From Perkinsela sp. CCAP 1560/9 (taxonomy: Eukaryota; Protista; Euglenozoa: Kinetoplastea): DNA of 64,000 nucleotides. The translations under genes were made by a program, and so were the position numbers. The DNA lies in assembly GCA_965644495.1 (NCBI GenBank), contig CBFFSA010000001.1, forward strand, positions 1,798,001-1,862,000, in the 5' to 3' direction. Every line of letters starts with the position of its first letter. Position 1 is the stretch's first letter. The notes under the pieces are model-generated. The model saw nothing but the letters and a program-made list of their open reading frames with translations, made no database searches and was not told the DNA's origin. Shown here piece by piece: positions 1 through 12,524 of this stretch.

Positions 1-185
1 TAACGGTTCCTTTGTAATGGAGGATTCCAATAAAATATTTAAATTTATTCAAATGTTACAAAAATCGTTTTCAGTCAGTCGGAAGAGTCGGTACAAAAAT
101 ATGCCCTTTTCACCAATATTTTAAATGGTTTCGTGCACTCTAATTACTCTAAATAAAAACAATTGCTGCAATTTAAGCTCGCATA

Positions 186-1100
186 ATGCTTTCATTTTCT
201 GAGGCTATGGATCTTCCGGAGCGTAGCATCATCACAGCGAAACGCCCCAGTAAAATACGGGGAACGCAGCTACCCCAGGAATACGAACTTGCGCAGTTCA
301 CGGCGGACATTATCTATCCCGATCCCTCCTGGAACACCTCCCTCTCGGCGTGCGAGTGGGGTGGGGTGAGTTGTTCGAAAGACCAAAAAGTTGTCGCCAT
401 CGATTGGGTGCGGTACCGTCTTACCGGGTCCCTACGCTGGGAGTTTCTGTGCCCCACGCTGCTCCATCTGTCCATGATGGATAACGCGCTGAGCGGAGCG
501 GTAGCCCTGGAGCAACTCCCGGGGGCGCTCACTATGTTGGATATCCGACATAACGAGTTTTCCGGTGTCCTCGATTTGGCCCATCTCCCGGAAATGTCGA
601 AACAGTTTGCGTTAAGTGGGAATCGGTTGCATGGGGCTGTGGTGCTCACCGAGCTCCCGAGCTTGTTATTTGAATTAATGCTGCATGACAACGAGTTAGA
701 GGGGAATGTTGATTTAACTAACCTCCCCGGGACGCTGTCTTATCTGTTTCTTCGTCGTAATCGATTCACCGGGGTCGTGGATCTCACGCATCTTGCACAA
801 AAGCTATTTTATCTGGACCTTTCGAAAAACGAATTTTACGGATCACTTTGTTTGCAGCATTTACCTTCGTCGATGGAAGTTTTAGATTGTGCGAATAACG
901 ATTTCAGTGGCACAGTCTTTTTTCATGACCTCCCCGAGGGCTTGCGTTTTCTTGTGCTAAGCCGTAATGCTGAACTTTGTGGTGAAATCGATCCGGATTT
1001 GCTGCCCGAGGGGTTGAAGAACATCAGTTTGCAGGATGAGCGCGCGGGAAGGAAGCTTCTCGGCGTGGATGGCACACGGATAACCGTAAAAAGCAATTGA
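186..1100 (+). CDS. Short LRR protein (array family)
   Basis: 304-aa ORF with the N-cap KIRGTQLPQEYEL...SWNTSLSACEWGGVSC, about eight 23-aa LPxxLxxLxLxxNxFxG repeats and a DGTRI C-cap. Confidence 0.88.
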   Translation: MLSFSEAMDLPERSIITAKRPSKIRGTQLPQEYELAQFTADIIYPDPSWNTSLSACEWGGVSCSKDQKVVAIDWVRYRLTGSLRWEFLCPTLLHLSMMDNALSGAVALEQLPGALTMLDIRHNEFSGVLDLAHLPEMSKQFALSGNRLHGAVVLTELPSLLFELMLHDNELEGNVDLTNLPGTLSYLFLRRNRFTGVVDLTHLAQKLFYLDLSKNEFYGSLCLQHLPSSMEVLDCANNDFSGTVFFHDLPEGLRFLVLSRNAELCGEIDPDLLPEGLKNISLQDERAGRKLLGVDGTRITVKSN

Positions 1101-1404
1101 GGAAATATTTGTAGAGGTTAACATGAAGGCATCAGGGGATTTGACCTTTATAGGCACATTGCACCTTTACACTGTATTGCGGTGGGTGTTTTCCACCTCT
1201 TTCTTCCTTATGGACTCTTTCCTAATGTACTCGGGGTCGGGTGAAACTACAAAAGCGTCAAAATTCGCCTCATTGTGTTGCGGGCACACCTACACTGCAT
1301 GTTGTAATACGTTGTACATTCCTTGTGAGTTTTCCGTTCAGGTGATTTGTCACGAAAATAACCAGGATAGAATTAACCAATCGAAACAATATTTTTCACA
1401 AGCA

Positions 1405-2769
1405 TTATAGCGAACTTACCCCAGGAATACGAAATTTACCACAGATATTGAAAATTCTGATTCCTCTTGGAACACATACGTACCTGCGTGTGACTGAACA
1501 GGTGTGCGTTGTGCAACAAATCTCGAAGTTGTCGGGATCGAGTGGACCGATGTGGGACTCAAAGGCTCCCTCCAGTGGAGGTATTTATGGGCCACATTTC
1601 GTCAAATTCGAGCAGAAAAAAATCACTTTACCAGGGGGGTACCTTTTTGAGATGCTTCCTTCCCACCTAGCCTTCTTGGTGGTACCATACAATCAATTCA
1701 CACGTGGCTTAGACACATCTGCGTTACCCGCTGGACTTACCCGCTGGACTCTTATTGTTCTCGTGTCGCAATTCTCTTTAGGCTCCTCGTTAAACGCGGT
1801 GGTTATTTTTAACTTAGAAGTCACTCATGCTGCGCGCTTCGCGTTGAAAACTACCACCGCGTTTAACGAAGAGCCTAAAGAGAAAAATTGGCCAGGAACG
1901 CGGAAGAAAACGGAAGGATTTGAGCCAAAAATAGCCGATTTTTAGGTAAAAATAGGGACATTTCTACGTACGCTCTCAGAGCACTAAATCCGACATTTCG
2001 GCGGGGGAAATCACTCGTACGCATGACCACATCATTCTTTCGACACAAAAACACCCCTTTGGGTTCGAAAAATACTTTTTCGCATTTTTTAGTCGAAAAT
2101 ATGTCATTTTGGGAGGCCTACCAGGGTTCGAAGAAGGGATATCTTGCGAAACCAACGGCGTGGAAAGCCAGCATAGGTCCCAAGCTATCAAAATACAATA
2201 GGGCAAAGAATTTTGAAAAAATATTTTCTTTGCCATTTTTTTCACATTTTTTTTTCCGAAGAAATCCGAACTTGGCGGACCCGTCCTGCGGATACGCAGG
2301 GGGGTCACCCACGGGTAGGGGGGTGGAAAATACGCGCCAAGACTCCGGCTACCCCTTCTGCGGGTTTTTTTCGAAAAATAATTTTTTCGAAAAAAAATTC
2401 GTGCGGTATGCCCCCCCCTAGACCCGCCCCCGAGACCCCCCCATGGATCCCCCCTAGACCCCCTTTTTTTTTAATTTTGGTCCACCGGAGCCCCCCCAAA
2501 TATTTTTTTTCTTTATTATATTACTGTGTTCTGCTTTATATTTTCACTTTTTCTGTCCACTTTTTTTTCAATAATCGAGTGTACAGCGGTAGTTATACAA
2601 CCACCGCAATAACCAGTTTACAGGTATCGTTCTGTTTGACAGTCTTCCAAAGGATTTGAGGTTTCTCCATTTAGAAAACAACTCAGGACTGTTAGGTAAA
2701 ATAAAGGAGTGGATGTGTACTGCCGAGGGGATAGATGTGACAGGAACTGAGATCGAGCTTTTACCTTAG
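1405..2769 (+). pseudogene. LRR pseudogene split by a hairpin-terminated element
   Basis: ANLPQEYEI relic at about 1410, with frameshifts. Removing 1773-2610 joins LPAGLLLFSCRN to NQFTGIVLFDSLPKDLRFLHLENN...DVTGTEIELLP* (stop 2767-2769). Confidence 0.8.
1773..2610 (+). mobile_element. Non-autonomous hairpin-terminated element (Helitron/Helentron-like candidate), full-length copy
   Basis: The left end is a ~110-bp fold-back (tctctttaggctcctcgttaaacgcggtgg...ccaccgcgtttaacgaagagcctaaagaga). The right end is a short hairpin, gcggtagttatacaaccaccgc-aat. Homologous segments recur at 8040-8784, 35090-35579, 42182-42340, 54044-54300 and 61670-61851. Confidence 0.75.
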
Positions 2770-3016
2770 AACCAAGGAGTTTGTGATTTTAAGATTCTCC
2801 TCTATTTCGCGAAAAAGATCGCTAGTGCAGCAAGGCAAGTGCGATAAGGAAGTGAGGCATGAGAGGATAAAAAGTCGTCTCCAAACTCGGTGATTTCGAT
2901 ATAGTCAACTTCTAAATCTAAATCAACTGAACTGCTTTTAAATCAACCGTTTTGTATTGTTGTCCTTGAATTGTATCGTAAGTTTCTTCTTAGCCTATGC
3001 GTACTTCTTAGCCTAT

Positions 3017-3774
3017 ATGTCTCCTGAACCAATTGTAACGGCAGATCCTGACACAAAGTCAGCACGACTCGGCAAGGCTACGGCCCCACTCCCGCAGGAA
3101 TACATACTGGCTGGATTAGTGAAGGGGGTGGAGAATCCAGACCCATCGTGCAAGGTATTACATGCATGGAGGAAGGCGACGTGAGCCGCATAGCGTTTCG
3201 GTCAGAAGCAAAAGATAGCTTGCGTGGGAAGCTATGCTGGAAGTTGCCAAGTACGTTGCTTTCTTTTCACGTAAGTACAAGCAAACTATCAGGCCCATCT
3301 CCCACGGAACACTTGCCTTGTGAATTTCGTTCGATTACTCTTTACCAAAACCTGTTTTCGGGGTCATTAAATTTTTGTGATCTGCCTCCTCGACTTAAGA
3401 ATTTGTCATTGCATCAAAATAAATTTGTGGGGTCCATTGATCTCAGCAGTTTGCCAGCGACGCTGAGCCTCTTGTCCCTTGGAGTGAATAGTTTAACGGG
3501 AGAGTTAAATTTTACTCAGCTGCCAAGCTCATTGGAGGTCATGGACTTCATGATGAATCAATTTCACGGTGTAGTTGACTTAGACCACTTGCCACGTAAT
3601 CTGTATTCACTCGAACTTTCCTTCAATCCAAATTTGAGTGGTGTGTATCGTGCGTCACGCATGCCGAAGAAAATGCGAACAAAAGAAAAATTCTTCCCAC
3701 GATTCAAATACAAGTTCCACCTTGCGGACGGAGATCGGTTCAACATCGAAGGCACAGACATTGTAGCATGCTGA
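3017..3774 (+). pseudogene. Frameshifted LRR gene
   Basis: MSPEP...RLGKATAPLPQEYIL...NPDPSC is in one frame and GITC...LRR repeats...IEGTDIVAC in another. The WxxxTPACEW segment is deleted near 3150. Confidence 0.8.
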
Positions 3775-3851
3775 ACAAATGAAGATTAGATGCAATGTGA
3801 CTGTAGTACAGTAGCATTGCGGTACAATTCTAATTTTTCCTTTCTGGTTGA

Positions 3852-4050
3852 TTTGTTTAATGCGGTAATTGTTTTCAATGTAGAATTCACTAATGATGCG
3901 CGTTTCGAGTTGAAAACTGCCTCCCCGTTTACAAAGCGCTTAAAAGGAAACATTGTAAAAAATATCAAGAAGAGAAGTAATTGAATTTTTGCACATTTGT
4001 TTTTTAGTCACCCCAAATATTTCGAACTTGTCGGATCCAGTCTTCCACCA
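3852..4050 (+). repeat. Degenerate copy of the hairpin-terminated element left end
   Basis: gtttaatgcggtaattgttttcaatgtagaattcactaatgatgcgcgtttcgagttgaaaactgcctcc aligns with 1788-1860. Confidence 0.6.
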
Positions 4051-4321
4051 CCATGTCATCCAATGTTCCCAACTACCGTTACCCCCTTCCCCCCTTAGAA
4101 AACCTACTTATCCTCTTTTGTGGTGAAACCTCTGGGTCACGAGAGGATAAGTAGCGTACTAGTTTACAGAGAAAATTTTCAGAATCTTTTCTTAAAAAAA
4201 TGAATTCTAAATTTAAGAGTTGTGCACAGTTATATTCAGAATAGAAATACATCGATAGATACATGCGCGTGTACAAAAAAATTCTGTTCACCATACAATA
4301 TACCATACTAGGAATACTATA

Positions 4322-4420
4322 CTGTATGTTGTTCCGAGAACTGCTCTTTGTTCTCAGAACACTGAGAACACGATTCTATGAGCCCACTTTACATGAAAGT
4401 TTTCGATGAGCTTTGAAAAA
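4322..4420. repeat. Dispersed repeat (second copy about 34655-34750)
   Basis: tgttgttc[c/t]gagaactg..ctt.gttctcagaac...ttctatgagcc....ttacatgaaa...gagctttgaaaaaa is shared by both loci. Confidence 0.65.
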
Positions 4421-4793
4421 AAATGAGAATCATGATTCGTAGATAGGAAGCAAACGTTTGTCAGTAAGTGCGTCATTCAATTTCGACGAAAGATACAGTG
4501 AAATATTCAAATACGAGTGGATTTTATTACGGTTATTTTTACGAGTATAAAATTCGATGATGAGGTCAGACAGTTTGCAGCCCATGCAAACGGGGTAGAG
4601 TAGAGTCATGTAAGTAGCAAAAATATAATGCTGAATCACTCGCTTACATAATACTGAAATAATTCAGTCTATTTTCATCTAAATTAATTCTGTATAGGAT
4701 TTTTTTTCGGTGGGTGGTTTCGGTGGCCTTTTTTGGAATTGGGAAAAAACAATTTTTTTGTTTTAAACTTTACTCCTTAGTCCTGTACGTCAC

Positions 4794-5555
4794 ATGGCAG
4801 AGACTTTACTACCACATACCCGATTAGGGAAGCCGCGAGCAAAGCTGCCAGAGGAATATTATTTAGCTCAATTTCTAAGCGACGTAGATAACACACATCC
4901 TTCGTGGAATACGGATACTCCCGTATGTGAATGGGATAGGGTGGAGTGCGATGCGAGAGGTGAGATTCGCCGAATTGATTGGTCTGCGCTCTCTCTCAGC
5001 GGAATTCCAGGTTGGATGCATCTAGAAAACGTAAAGTGCCGTTCTTTATCTATTTCTGACAACAGACTAAGGGACGAGATCGTACTCGAGTGGTTACCCC
5101 CGAATATCAGATTTTTCATTGGTAGCGGAAACACGTTTGGTGGTTTTTTAAGATTAGAAAGTATGCCGGAACAGCTAGAAACCCTGCAATTAGATAGATG
5201 CAGCCTACATGGGACCATTTCTCTGCATTCACTACCACCTGTATTCCGGTCGTTGCAAGTAGGACACAATCAGCTCTCGGGTTCTCTGGACTTTGGAGCA
5301 CTACCGCTCACAATAAAAGGGTTTATCCTAAGCGACAACAATTTCTCAGGACCTGTGGATTTTCGTATACTTCCGCAGAACATATTTCTGTGCGTCTACA
5401 ACAACCCAAATCTCTGGGGTGAGTTTGATCCAACATGGTTTGAACGCGACATTGACATTCATGGTACAAAAATAAGAAAACTACCGTCTCGCGGGTCTTA
5501 TGCGAGCTTTTTGCCTCTGAGGTACGTTTTTGATTCCGATGTTTGGAACTTTTAG
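4794..5555 (+). CDS. Short LRR protein, 'LPLRYxFDSxVWxF' tail subfamily
   Basis: 253-aa ORF with the RLGKPRAKLPEEYYL cap, TPVCEWDRVEC, LRR repeats and the C-terminus FLPLRYVFDSDVWNF. Confidence 0.88.
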   Translation: MAETLLPHTRLGKPRAKLPEEYYLAQFLSDVDNTHPSWNTDTPVCEWDRVECDARGEIRRIDWSALSLSGIPGWMHLENVKCRSLSISDNRLRDEIVLEWLPPNIRFFIGSGNTFGGFLRLESMPEQLETLQLDRCSLHGTISLHSLPPVFRSLQVGHNQLSGSLDFGALPLTIKGFILSDNNFSGPVDFRILPQNIFLCVYNNPNLWGEFDPTWFERDIDIHGTKIRKLPSRGSYASFLPLRYVFDSDVWNF

Positions 5556-6579
5556 AAAAGGAGAATGCTTTCTTGTTTTCTATAGTGTAAAAAGATATTT
5601 TTAAGCACGCGCGGATGGATTGGACCTGTGTGACAGGAAAACAAAAATTTGTAAATTTTTTTTCGGGTAAATTTTTTTATGTCTGCATTTTTTCTCCCAA
5701 ATTCTAAAAATGCATTTTTTAAATAACGGAACAACAATGTGGGTGAATTATTCCGGTTGAAGGCTCTTGCGATCGGGAAACCCAAAGGAATGATCCTCTG
5801 CACAAAAACTTGTGCATAAAAAATTTGTGAATTATTTATTGTGAAACATTTTTTTAAAAGTTGCACAATGGTACTCCGAGGAAAGAGCACACTACGGGCA
5901 GACGTGCTACACAACCATTCTCATCAACCCCCTCCTCACCTTAACTAGACTAGAATTGTGGAAATTTATAAAATTTAGCACTCCTGATGCGAGTGCGTAA
6001 TGGGGAAGTATGATGACGACCTCCTCCTGATCTTCCCTGGCACTGCTATGTTATCGATAGTACAGACGCCGACCTTCATTGGAGAAAAAGATAGAAAAAA
6101 AAAGGCCAAATTGTAATTTTATGAAGAAATGCTGACTCCCACTTTAGAGTCCGGAAAATCTGACCCCCCACTTAGGAGTCGAAATGCCCAAAATCGGCGG
6201 ACTCTGAAGTACGGGGGTACAGTATATATTTTGGAATATCAATCCCCGCTGGCCGATTGTTATCATGATTTTAATATGGAGCCTAGCTCTACAGTCTCTT
6301 CAATACATCCCCATCTCATAGGGAATATAGAGGCAATTCAATAAACAACGCGCCAGGCTTGTTTTTTATTTCCCCTTGCTACAAAATGGGGCACATAATG
6401 GAAAACGAGTATCCCCAAGGTTTTTTCCACTCCCCAAGGCTACACGCCTCTGCTTTTCGTTCAATGCATTTAACGAATCGGGTTTTTATCGAGAGTGAAT
6501 CACTGGTCTGCGTAAACAACGACGAAGGATTAAAGATAGTCCAGATATTTTCCTTTCTTCATTTTCTCTTTCTTATCTA

Positions 6580-7455
6580 ATGGTTTCCTTTCTACGAATA
6601 GCCCAAACACAATCGTCCGATACAGTGCCTTTTGCTTCTGGTCGTGAAACGCAGCAGACTTCCGTACTTTCAAATCGTGACACACTCACGCTGAATGGTA
6701 CGCAAAGCACTCGAAAGGGTAAAATTCGAGGAGCGAATTTACCACAGGAGTACGAACTCGCGCAAGCCATTCAGGACATAGACTCACACGTACCTCAACC
6801 CTCGTGGAAAACAATCACACCCGCATGTCTATGGAAAGGAGTAATTTGCGATGACCGTGAGACTGTATATAAAATACAGTGGTGTTATTTCGACCTCTCT
6901 GGATCAATGCGTTGGAATCGTTTACCACGAACGCTAAAGTCACTTGATCTGTCGGCGAACAAGCTTACTGGAACACTGCCATGTGATGTTCTCCCGCCAC
7001 AGCTTCTCAATCTTTGTTTGTTCAAAAATGAATTGAATGGAGAGCTCGATTTCACGCATCTCCCCGGAACCTTAATTGAAATATGGTTGGCAGATAATAA
7101 GTTTGAGGGGTGCATTGATTTATCAAGTCTTCCTGATTTGCGCACGTTACGAATTCAACGGAACAACTTATCCGGAGAAGTTTGCCTGCATAGTTTGCCC
7201 AGCACATTGGAAGATCTCAATTTAAGTGGAAACCGCTTTACTGGGGCGCTTGATCTTCAACACTTGCCACCAAATTTGAAAGAGCTTCAATGTGACCACA
7301 ATTCCTTCAGTGGGTTAGTTTCGTTCGACCGTCTTCCTCTGTCTCTCACAAAGTTACATCTTCAAGAATGTGCAGAGCTCCATGGCGAAGAAAATCAAAA
7401 TTTTATTGATGATTTCGCGTGCTACGGAACGAAGATTAATATCGTTAAGGAATGA
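6580..7455 (+). CDS. Short LRR protein (array family)
   Basis: 291-aa ORF with GKIRGANLPQEYEL, TPACLWKGVIC, LRR repeats and YGTKI. A pyrimidine tract lies immediately upstream. Confidence 0.88.
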   Translation: MVSFLRIAQTQSSDTVPFASGRETQQTSVLSNRDTLTLNGTQSTRKGKIRGANLPQEYELAQAIQDIDSHVPQPSWKTITPACLWKGVICDDRETVYKIQWCYFDLSGSMRWNRLPRTLKSLDLSANKLTGTLPCDVLPPQLLNLCLFKNELNGELDFTHLPGTLIEIWLADNKFEGCIDLSSLPDLRTLRIQRNNLSGEVCLHSLPSTLEDLNLSGNRFTGALDLQHLPPNLKELQCDHNSFSGLVSFDRLPLSLTKLHLQECAELHGEENQNFIDDFACYGTKINIVKE

Positions 7456-7665
7456 TAACATTGACACAGGTTAAATAAATTTGAATAGGTGGAAGGTGGT
7501 AGTTGTGGGGTAAGGAGGCCTTCACGCAACTCCGGGGCCTTAATGGGAGCAAAGGTGAATTTATTGGGCTCCTTAACTAAACATTATGCGTAGCATTCGC
7601 CGATTTGTGTTGCAGACCGTTCAACGAATCTTTTATTTTTTTCGAAGGCACTTTTTTTCTCCGAA

Positions 7666-7778
7666 TTATGCATTATCAATGTGCTGTATGCAATATCAAT
7701 GTGCTATATGCATTATCAATGTGCGGCACGTTATGCAATATCAATGTGCAGTAACTATGCATTATCAATGTGCGAGTG
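7666..7778. repeat. Short tandem repeat, unit about 20-25 bp (tatgcattatcaatgtgc...)
   Basis: Five imperfect units are visible; a partial unit recurs at 8785-8801. Confidence 0.8.
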
Positions 7779-8039
7779 GGGACTTACGGTAATAGTGGGC
7801 GGTCTAATACTCCGAGAAATTCGACCAGTCAGCTATCCACGAGGAAGAACAATGGTTAGTGATCCGCACAGCTGCTCCGAATCCACACAGACCCTCCGAA
7901 TAGGTCTGAGGTCTGGGGACCGACTCGGACCCCCCCCGCATGGAACCAACTCCCGTACACGATGTGGTCGTTAAACAACGTTAAACACGTCGGCTGAAAC
8001 TGGTAGAGGCGTTCGGACCTCGCACCCCCAAACGTATGT

Positions 8040-8784
8040 GAAGGGCCTAGTATGTATGAAGACAAAAATATAAAAGGGGGCTCCGGTGGTCCAAAATTGA
8101 AAAAAAAAATCAAAATGGTGTGTATAGGGGGGGGGATCCAGCGGGGGGGCGTACGTCGCGATTTTTTTTCCAAGGTTTTTCCTTTTCAAAATCGAGCGCA
8201 AGGAAGTGGTAGAGTAAGCCGCGGCGATAATTTTCCACCCCCTACCCGGGGGTGACCCCCCCGCTCGTATGCGCAGGACGGGTCCGTCAAGTTCGGATTT
8301 TCTCGGATTTTCAACTTGACAAAAAAAAGTGGTAAAAAAAGTATTTTTACAAAATCGTTTCCCCTATTGTATTTTGATAGTTTGGGACCTATTCTAGCTT
8401 TCCACGTCATTGTTTTCGCGAGATGTCGCTTCTTGAAGCCGTGGTACGCCTCCCAAAATGACCAATTTTGACCAAAAAATGCGAAAAAGTAATTTTCGGA
8501 CCCAAAGGGGTCTTTTTGGGTCGGAAGAATGGTGTGGTTGGAGTCGCATTCTCCACCCAATACGTTCTGCAGCCTCGAATACATGCCTACGAATGATTTC
8601 CCACTTGCCAAAGTCGAGTTTAGTACTAATCGGCTAATTTTGGCTATAATCTTTCCGTTTTCTTCAGCTTTCGAAGCGAAATTTTATTTTTTAGGCTTTT
8701 CGTTAAATGCGGTGGTAGTTTTCAACGCGAAGCGCGCAGCATGAGTGACTTCTAAGTTGAAAACAACCACTGCGTTTAACGAAG
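8040..8784 (-). mobile_element. Hairpin-terminated element, inverted copy
   Basis: The reverse complement aligns with 1790-2500 (for example gtggaaagc.ag.ataggtcccaa.ctatcaaaatacaataggg) and carries the fold-back at 8691-8784. Confidence 0.75.
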
Positions 8785-8801
8785 TTATCAATGTGCGAGT
8801 G

Positions 8802-9615
8802 CCCATTTTGGAAAATAATATCGCATATCAGAGGTTTACCTCGTACGAATAGACACTCTACGACTCTTGTAGCGTGACGTTTGTAGTGTAACGTTTGATA
8901 CTCCACTCCATCTACAATTTACCTTGTAGGCTACTTTCATTCCACTTATTCTCTTACCTGTTTCATATTTGCATATTTTACCCCATCACTCATTACCTTC
9001 TACAAACTTTCTTCCATGCCCACCATCAAAGCACAACGTCATCAACGTCGCGCTCTTCAACAACAACTAAACCAACAACAACAACTAAACTTACAACAAC
9101 AAAACCAAGAAGAACAACAACTAAACCTACAACAACAACACCAACGACACGAATTAAACCAACAACTAACATATTCTTCCACCTCCCTACCACTATCCCT
9201 ACAATCCCCACTCTCTCTCTCTAGTAGTACTGGTAGTACTCCTACATCTACTCCTACCCCCACTCCCCCCACCACAGCCCCCACCCTCTCCTTCACCCCC
9301 ACACGGGTATGCCCGGGCACACGAGACTTACAAGCCCTGGAGCGGGTCGTACAAGCCGTGGGCCCATTTTGGAAAACAATAGCGCACATCAGAGGTTTAC
9401 CTCGTACGAATAGACACTCTACGACTCTTGTAGCGTGACATTTGTAGCGTATCGTTTGATACTCGACTCCAACTACAGTGTACCTTGTAGGCTACTTTCC
9501 TTCCACTTATTCTCTTACTTTTGTTTCATAGTTACCCCAACTCATTACCTTCTACAACCTTTCTTCCATGCCCACCACCAAAGCACAAAGTGACCAACGT
9601 CGTGCTCTTCAACGA
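8802..9615 (+). pseudogene. Two truncated duplicates of the ABCF gene 5' region
   Basis: ATG 9016 opens MPTIKAQRHQRRALQQQ...TAPTLSFTPTRVCPGTRDL, and ATG 9568 opens MPTTKAQSDQRRALQ. Both match the start of the ABCF ORF at 12999 and its upstream sequence. Confidence 0.85.
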
Positions 9616-9769
9616 ACAGGAAGATTCCTCAAAAATAGATTGAGACATTCTTTCCGCTTTTCAGCAGCCCATTTTATATAGATTATTAAACCTACTTATT
9701 AGACGTACTTTTGAGCATGTTATTCAATAGGTCAACGTAACTTCACTAACCACAGCATCAGATCTGTAT

Positions 9770-10354
9770 GGTTGCGCTTCAACCGTTACAGGATCAGGCT
9801 GGATGACAGGAGATTCCTTTTTTCAATGGATGATAAAGGAATTTTTTGACACCAGTAAGTATCCACCCGGCAAGACTTTATTGGTGCTAGAGTTGTACGC
9901 AAGTCACCGAACCGAGGTAGCCCTGTCCCTTCTTCGTCGCCAGGAAATTGACGTTTTTTTCGTCCCTACAGGCTGCACAGCGCTGGTTCAGCTCATGGAC
10001 TTGGCTGTCAATCGCCCGTTCAAGCAAAAGTACAAGGAGCTGTTCGCTCATTGGCGTGCAGCGACCAGAACTCAAAAACGGCCACCCACTCGCCGGCTAA
10101 TCACTCAGTTCGTTGCCGCAGCCCTAGCTTCCGTCGAGACTTCAGCTTATGAGAAGTCCTTTTGCAAGATTTATGTTCCTGCCTTACAGCGAGATTTGCA
10201 GACTGTCCCGATTTCAGCGGTTGAAGAGTTACGTGCCAACACCTTAGTTGTGACTGCCACGACTCAAGATACTGATGAAGAGCCCGGCTTTATTTCTCTT
10301 TTGGCGCAAACTTTAACTTTGGAGGATGAAGCGCGTCTCGAAGACGAGGAATAA
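9770..10354 (+). pseudogene. pogo/Tigger-like (DDE_1) transposase fragment
   Basis: SGWMTGDSFFQW...LLVLELYASH...FVPTGCTALVQLMDLAVNRPFK matches the DDE_1 motifs LLxxDxxxSH and PxxCTxxxQPxDxxxNxPFK. The N-terminus is missing. Confidence 0.8.
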
Positions 10355-11084
10355 GGTTATTTCCTAGGCTAATTTTGATTACTGAAGTATACTACTCAAA
10401 ATCACCTTCTTGTATGTGCGCGGCATACATTTTAACAAATCTTGTATCATTATTTTCAAGGTGGGATCAAGGCTATAGGTCAGGGGCATTGCCTATTTTC
10501 TTTTTTGACAATGTTGGGGTTTAGCGCTCCCCACCTTCCCGAGCTACGTCCACAGCAACGTTTTTCATATTATGTTTTGACTCGTCGTATCTAAGTTTTT
10601 CTGTGGTTTTCCCTAGTGTCTTGTAAATCCCCTATAGGTATTCCAATTTCCGCGCGCTTCTTCCTTCAAGTGGCGCAGTGTATCTTTGAAAGCAAAATGC
10701 TTACGTGTCTTTTTTCGTATACAACACATTATTTACATAGCATATCTCCTTTATCACAGCCATCACATAATTTTTAACTTTGATTTTGACGCCTCACTTG
10801 GACAGCGTGCAACTCCGACGAAAAGAACACATCGGCGAATACTTTCGACGCGGTTGTATCATGCTAAAAACAACTTTTGGCGCAAGGGCCACTCGAACTT
10901 CTTCTAGTACGCTACTTATCCTAGTATGCTACTTATCCTAGTACGTTACTTATCCTCAAACCGTCCATTTCGGATACGGAATGCGGGATATCTAAGGGGT
11001 GGGGGTAACGGTATTATTTTTATTATATCGTTTTTAATTCTGTTTTGAAAAAGTGTGCAAACTTCATTCAATTCCACCTCAAAT

Positions 11085-11160
11085 TCTTATCGACGATTTA
11101 TCTTTCACGTGTTACAGAACGAAGATTAATATCGTTCAGGAAAGGTATCAGAATGACACA
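11085..11160 (+). pseudogene. 3' remnant of an LRR paralog of 6580-7455
   Basis: gaacgaagattaatatcgtt.aggaa matches the end of the 6580-7455 ORF. Confidence 0.6.
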
Positions 11161-11384
11161 GATTGTTCTTTTGGATTGATGGCCAATTTTTAAAGATGGC
11201 ATTTTTTAAAGCCAATTTGTAAAGATGGCATTAAGCAAGTCTCGAAATTTTGAGACTACTATCACCATCCCTGCCCCCCTTGAAGATCGATTGGCGCCAT
11301 GAGAGTGTGACACGAAAGAAAGGACTTTTTCAATTATATCGCTACTCACTTCTACACTGGACTAGTGAACTATAACTACATGTA

Positions 11385-12138
11385 CAGTCCAGGCACTAGT
11401 TCCCCCCAGGCTCCAGAACACACCGTAAGAACTTTTGACCTAATTCCTTCGGCATTCAACAGGTCTCGAAAAACTAGAGCGTTTGTTTGCCTATCATCCC
11501 CCCTGGGTGAAAAATATTTAGGAAAAACACGAAAAAATAGCATATTTTTACTAAAAAATCCCAATATTTCAAAACTTTGGCAATGTTTTCCCAAATTTGG
11601 TTTCTCATTCTATGAATTTGAGGGATACTCCCGTCAAACCTACTAAAGGCCAGTACAACTTGCCAAAAAGCAAGACACCCCCTATTACCCATAAAACGTC
11701 ACGATGTGCACTTGATCAGAGCGCCTTGACCAAATTTTTAAGGAAAAATTGAAACCAGAGACTGAAAAACAGCTCCGGAAGGCGCTAAAGAAAGCCTTTA
11801 TGATGCTTAAGCCTCATCCTTATCGACGCCAATTCTTAATTTGTATGAATTCAGTTCCTACACGCTTGCGAATTGTGCAGAACGTTCAAGGAGACCATTG
11901 TGGGTATTAATAGACAGGAATCTATGCATATTTTTTTCTATTTTTTGCCCGGCTTCAATTTTTTTTTGAAATTTGCCAACTTTCACCACCCCCACCTAGG
12001 ACCCAGGGGGGAGTGATGGGCAAAGCAACGGTAAGAAACGTACTAGTTTTTCGAGATCTGTTGAATGCCGAAGGAATTAGGTCAAAAGCTCGGTTACGGC
12101 GCGCTCTGGAGCCTGGGGGGGAACCAATACCTGGACTG
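11385..12138. mobile_element. Tc1/mariner-type MITE
   Basis: ~130-bp imperfect TIRs (CAGTCCAGG...CCTGGACTG) with TA on both flanks. Confidence 0.85.
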
Positions 12139-12140
12139 TA

Positions 12141-12240
12141 TTTAGGCTCCTCGTTAAACACGGTGGTTGTTTCCAACTTAGAAGTCCCTCATGCTGCGCG
12201 CTTAGCGTTAAAAACTACCTCCGCATTTATCGAAGAGACG
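12141..12240 (+). repeat. Solo fold-back terminus of the hairpin-terminated element
   Basis: tttaggctcctcgttaaacacggtggttgtttccaacttagaagtccctcatgctgcgcgcttagcg... Confidence 0.75.
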
Positions 12241-12524
12241 AAAAAAAAAATGTTAAAAAAAGGTGCCGCAACTCTTCACTAGGGGGACCAGATCTCTCGT
12301 TTGCAACAAAAACAATGACTCAAATTAATTCAATTGAAACCACTTTATTTTTCAACAGTCTATTTCATATACACTGTAGACATTTCATGTACACTGTAGA
12401 CGTGCCTTTGAGTATTTTGTTTTTTTAAGTATGCTATTCGATATTTCAACGTCAAAGGTCACAAACCACCACGCCTTTAACTATGAACTTTCCATACACC
12501 ACTAAAAAATAGCCTGAATACCAC

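Noticed and set aside
1773-1883. ~100-bp imperfect palindromes among co-oriented genes read as integron attC sites
   Set aside because: The GTTAAAC and GTTTAAC boxes are in the opposite order to attC, the repeats occur in both orientations, two lie inside genes, they are not one per gene, and no integrase is present.
7666-7778. Short repeats with small variable gaps (also 52345-52400) read as a CRISPR array
   Set aside because: The gaps are only a few bases, the context is eukaryotic, and no cas genes are present.
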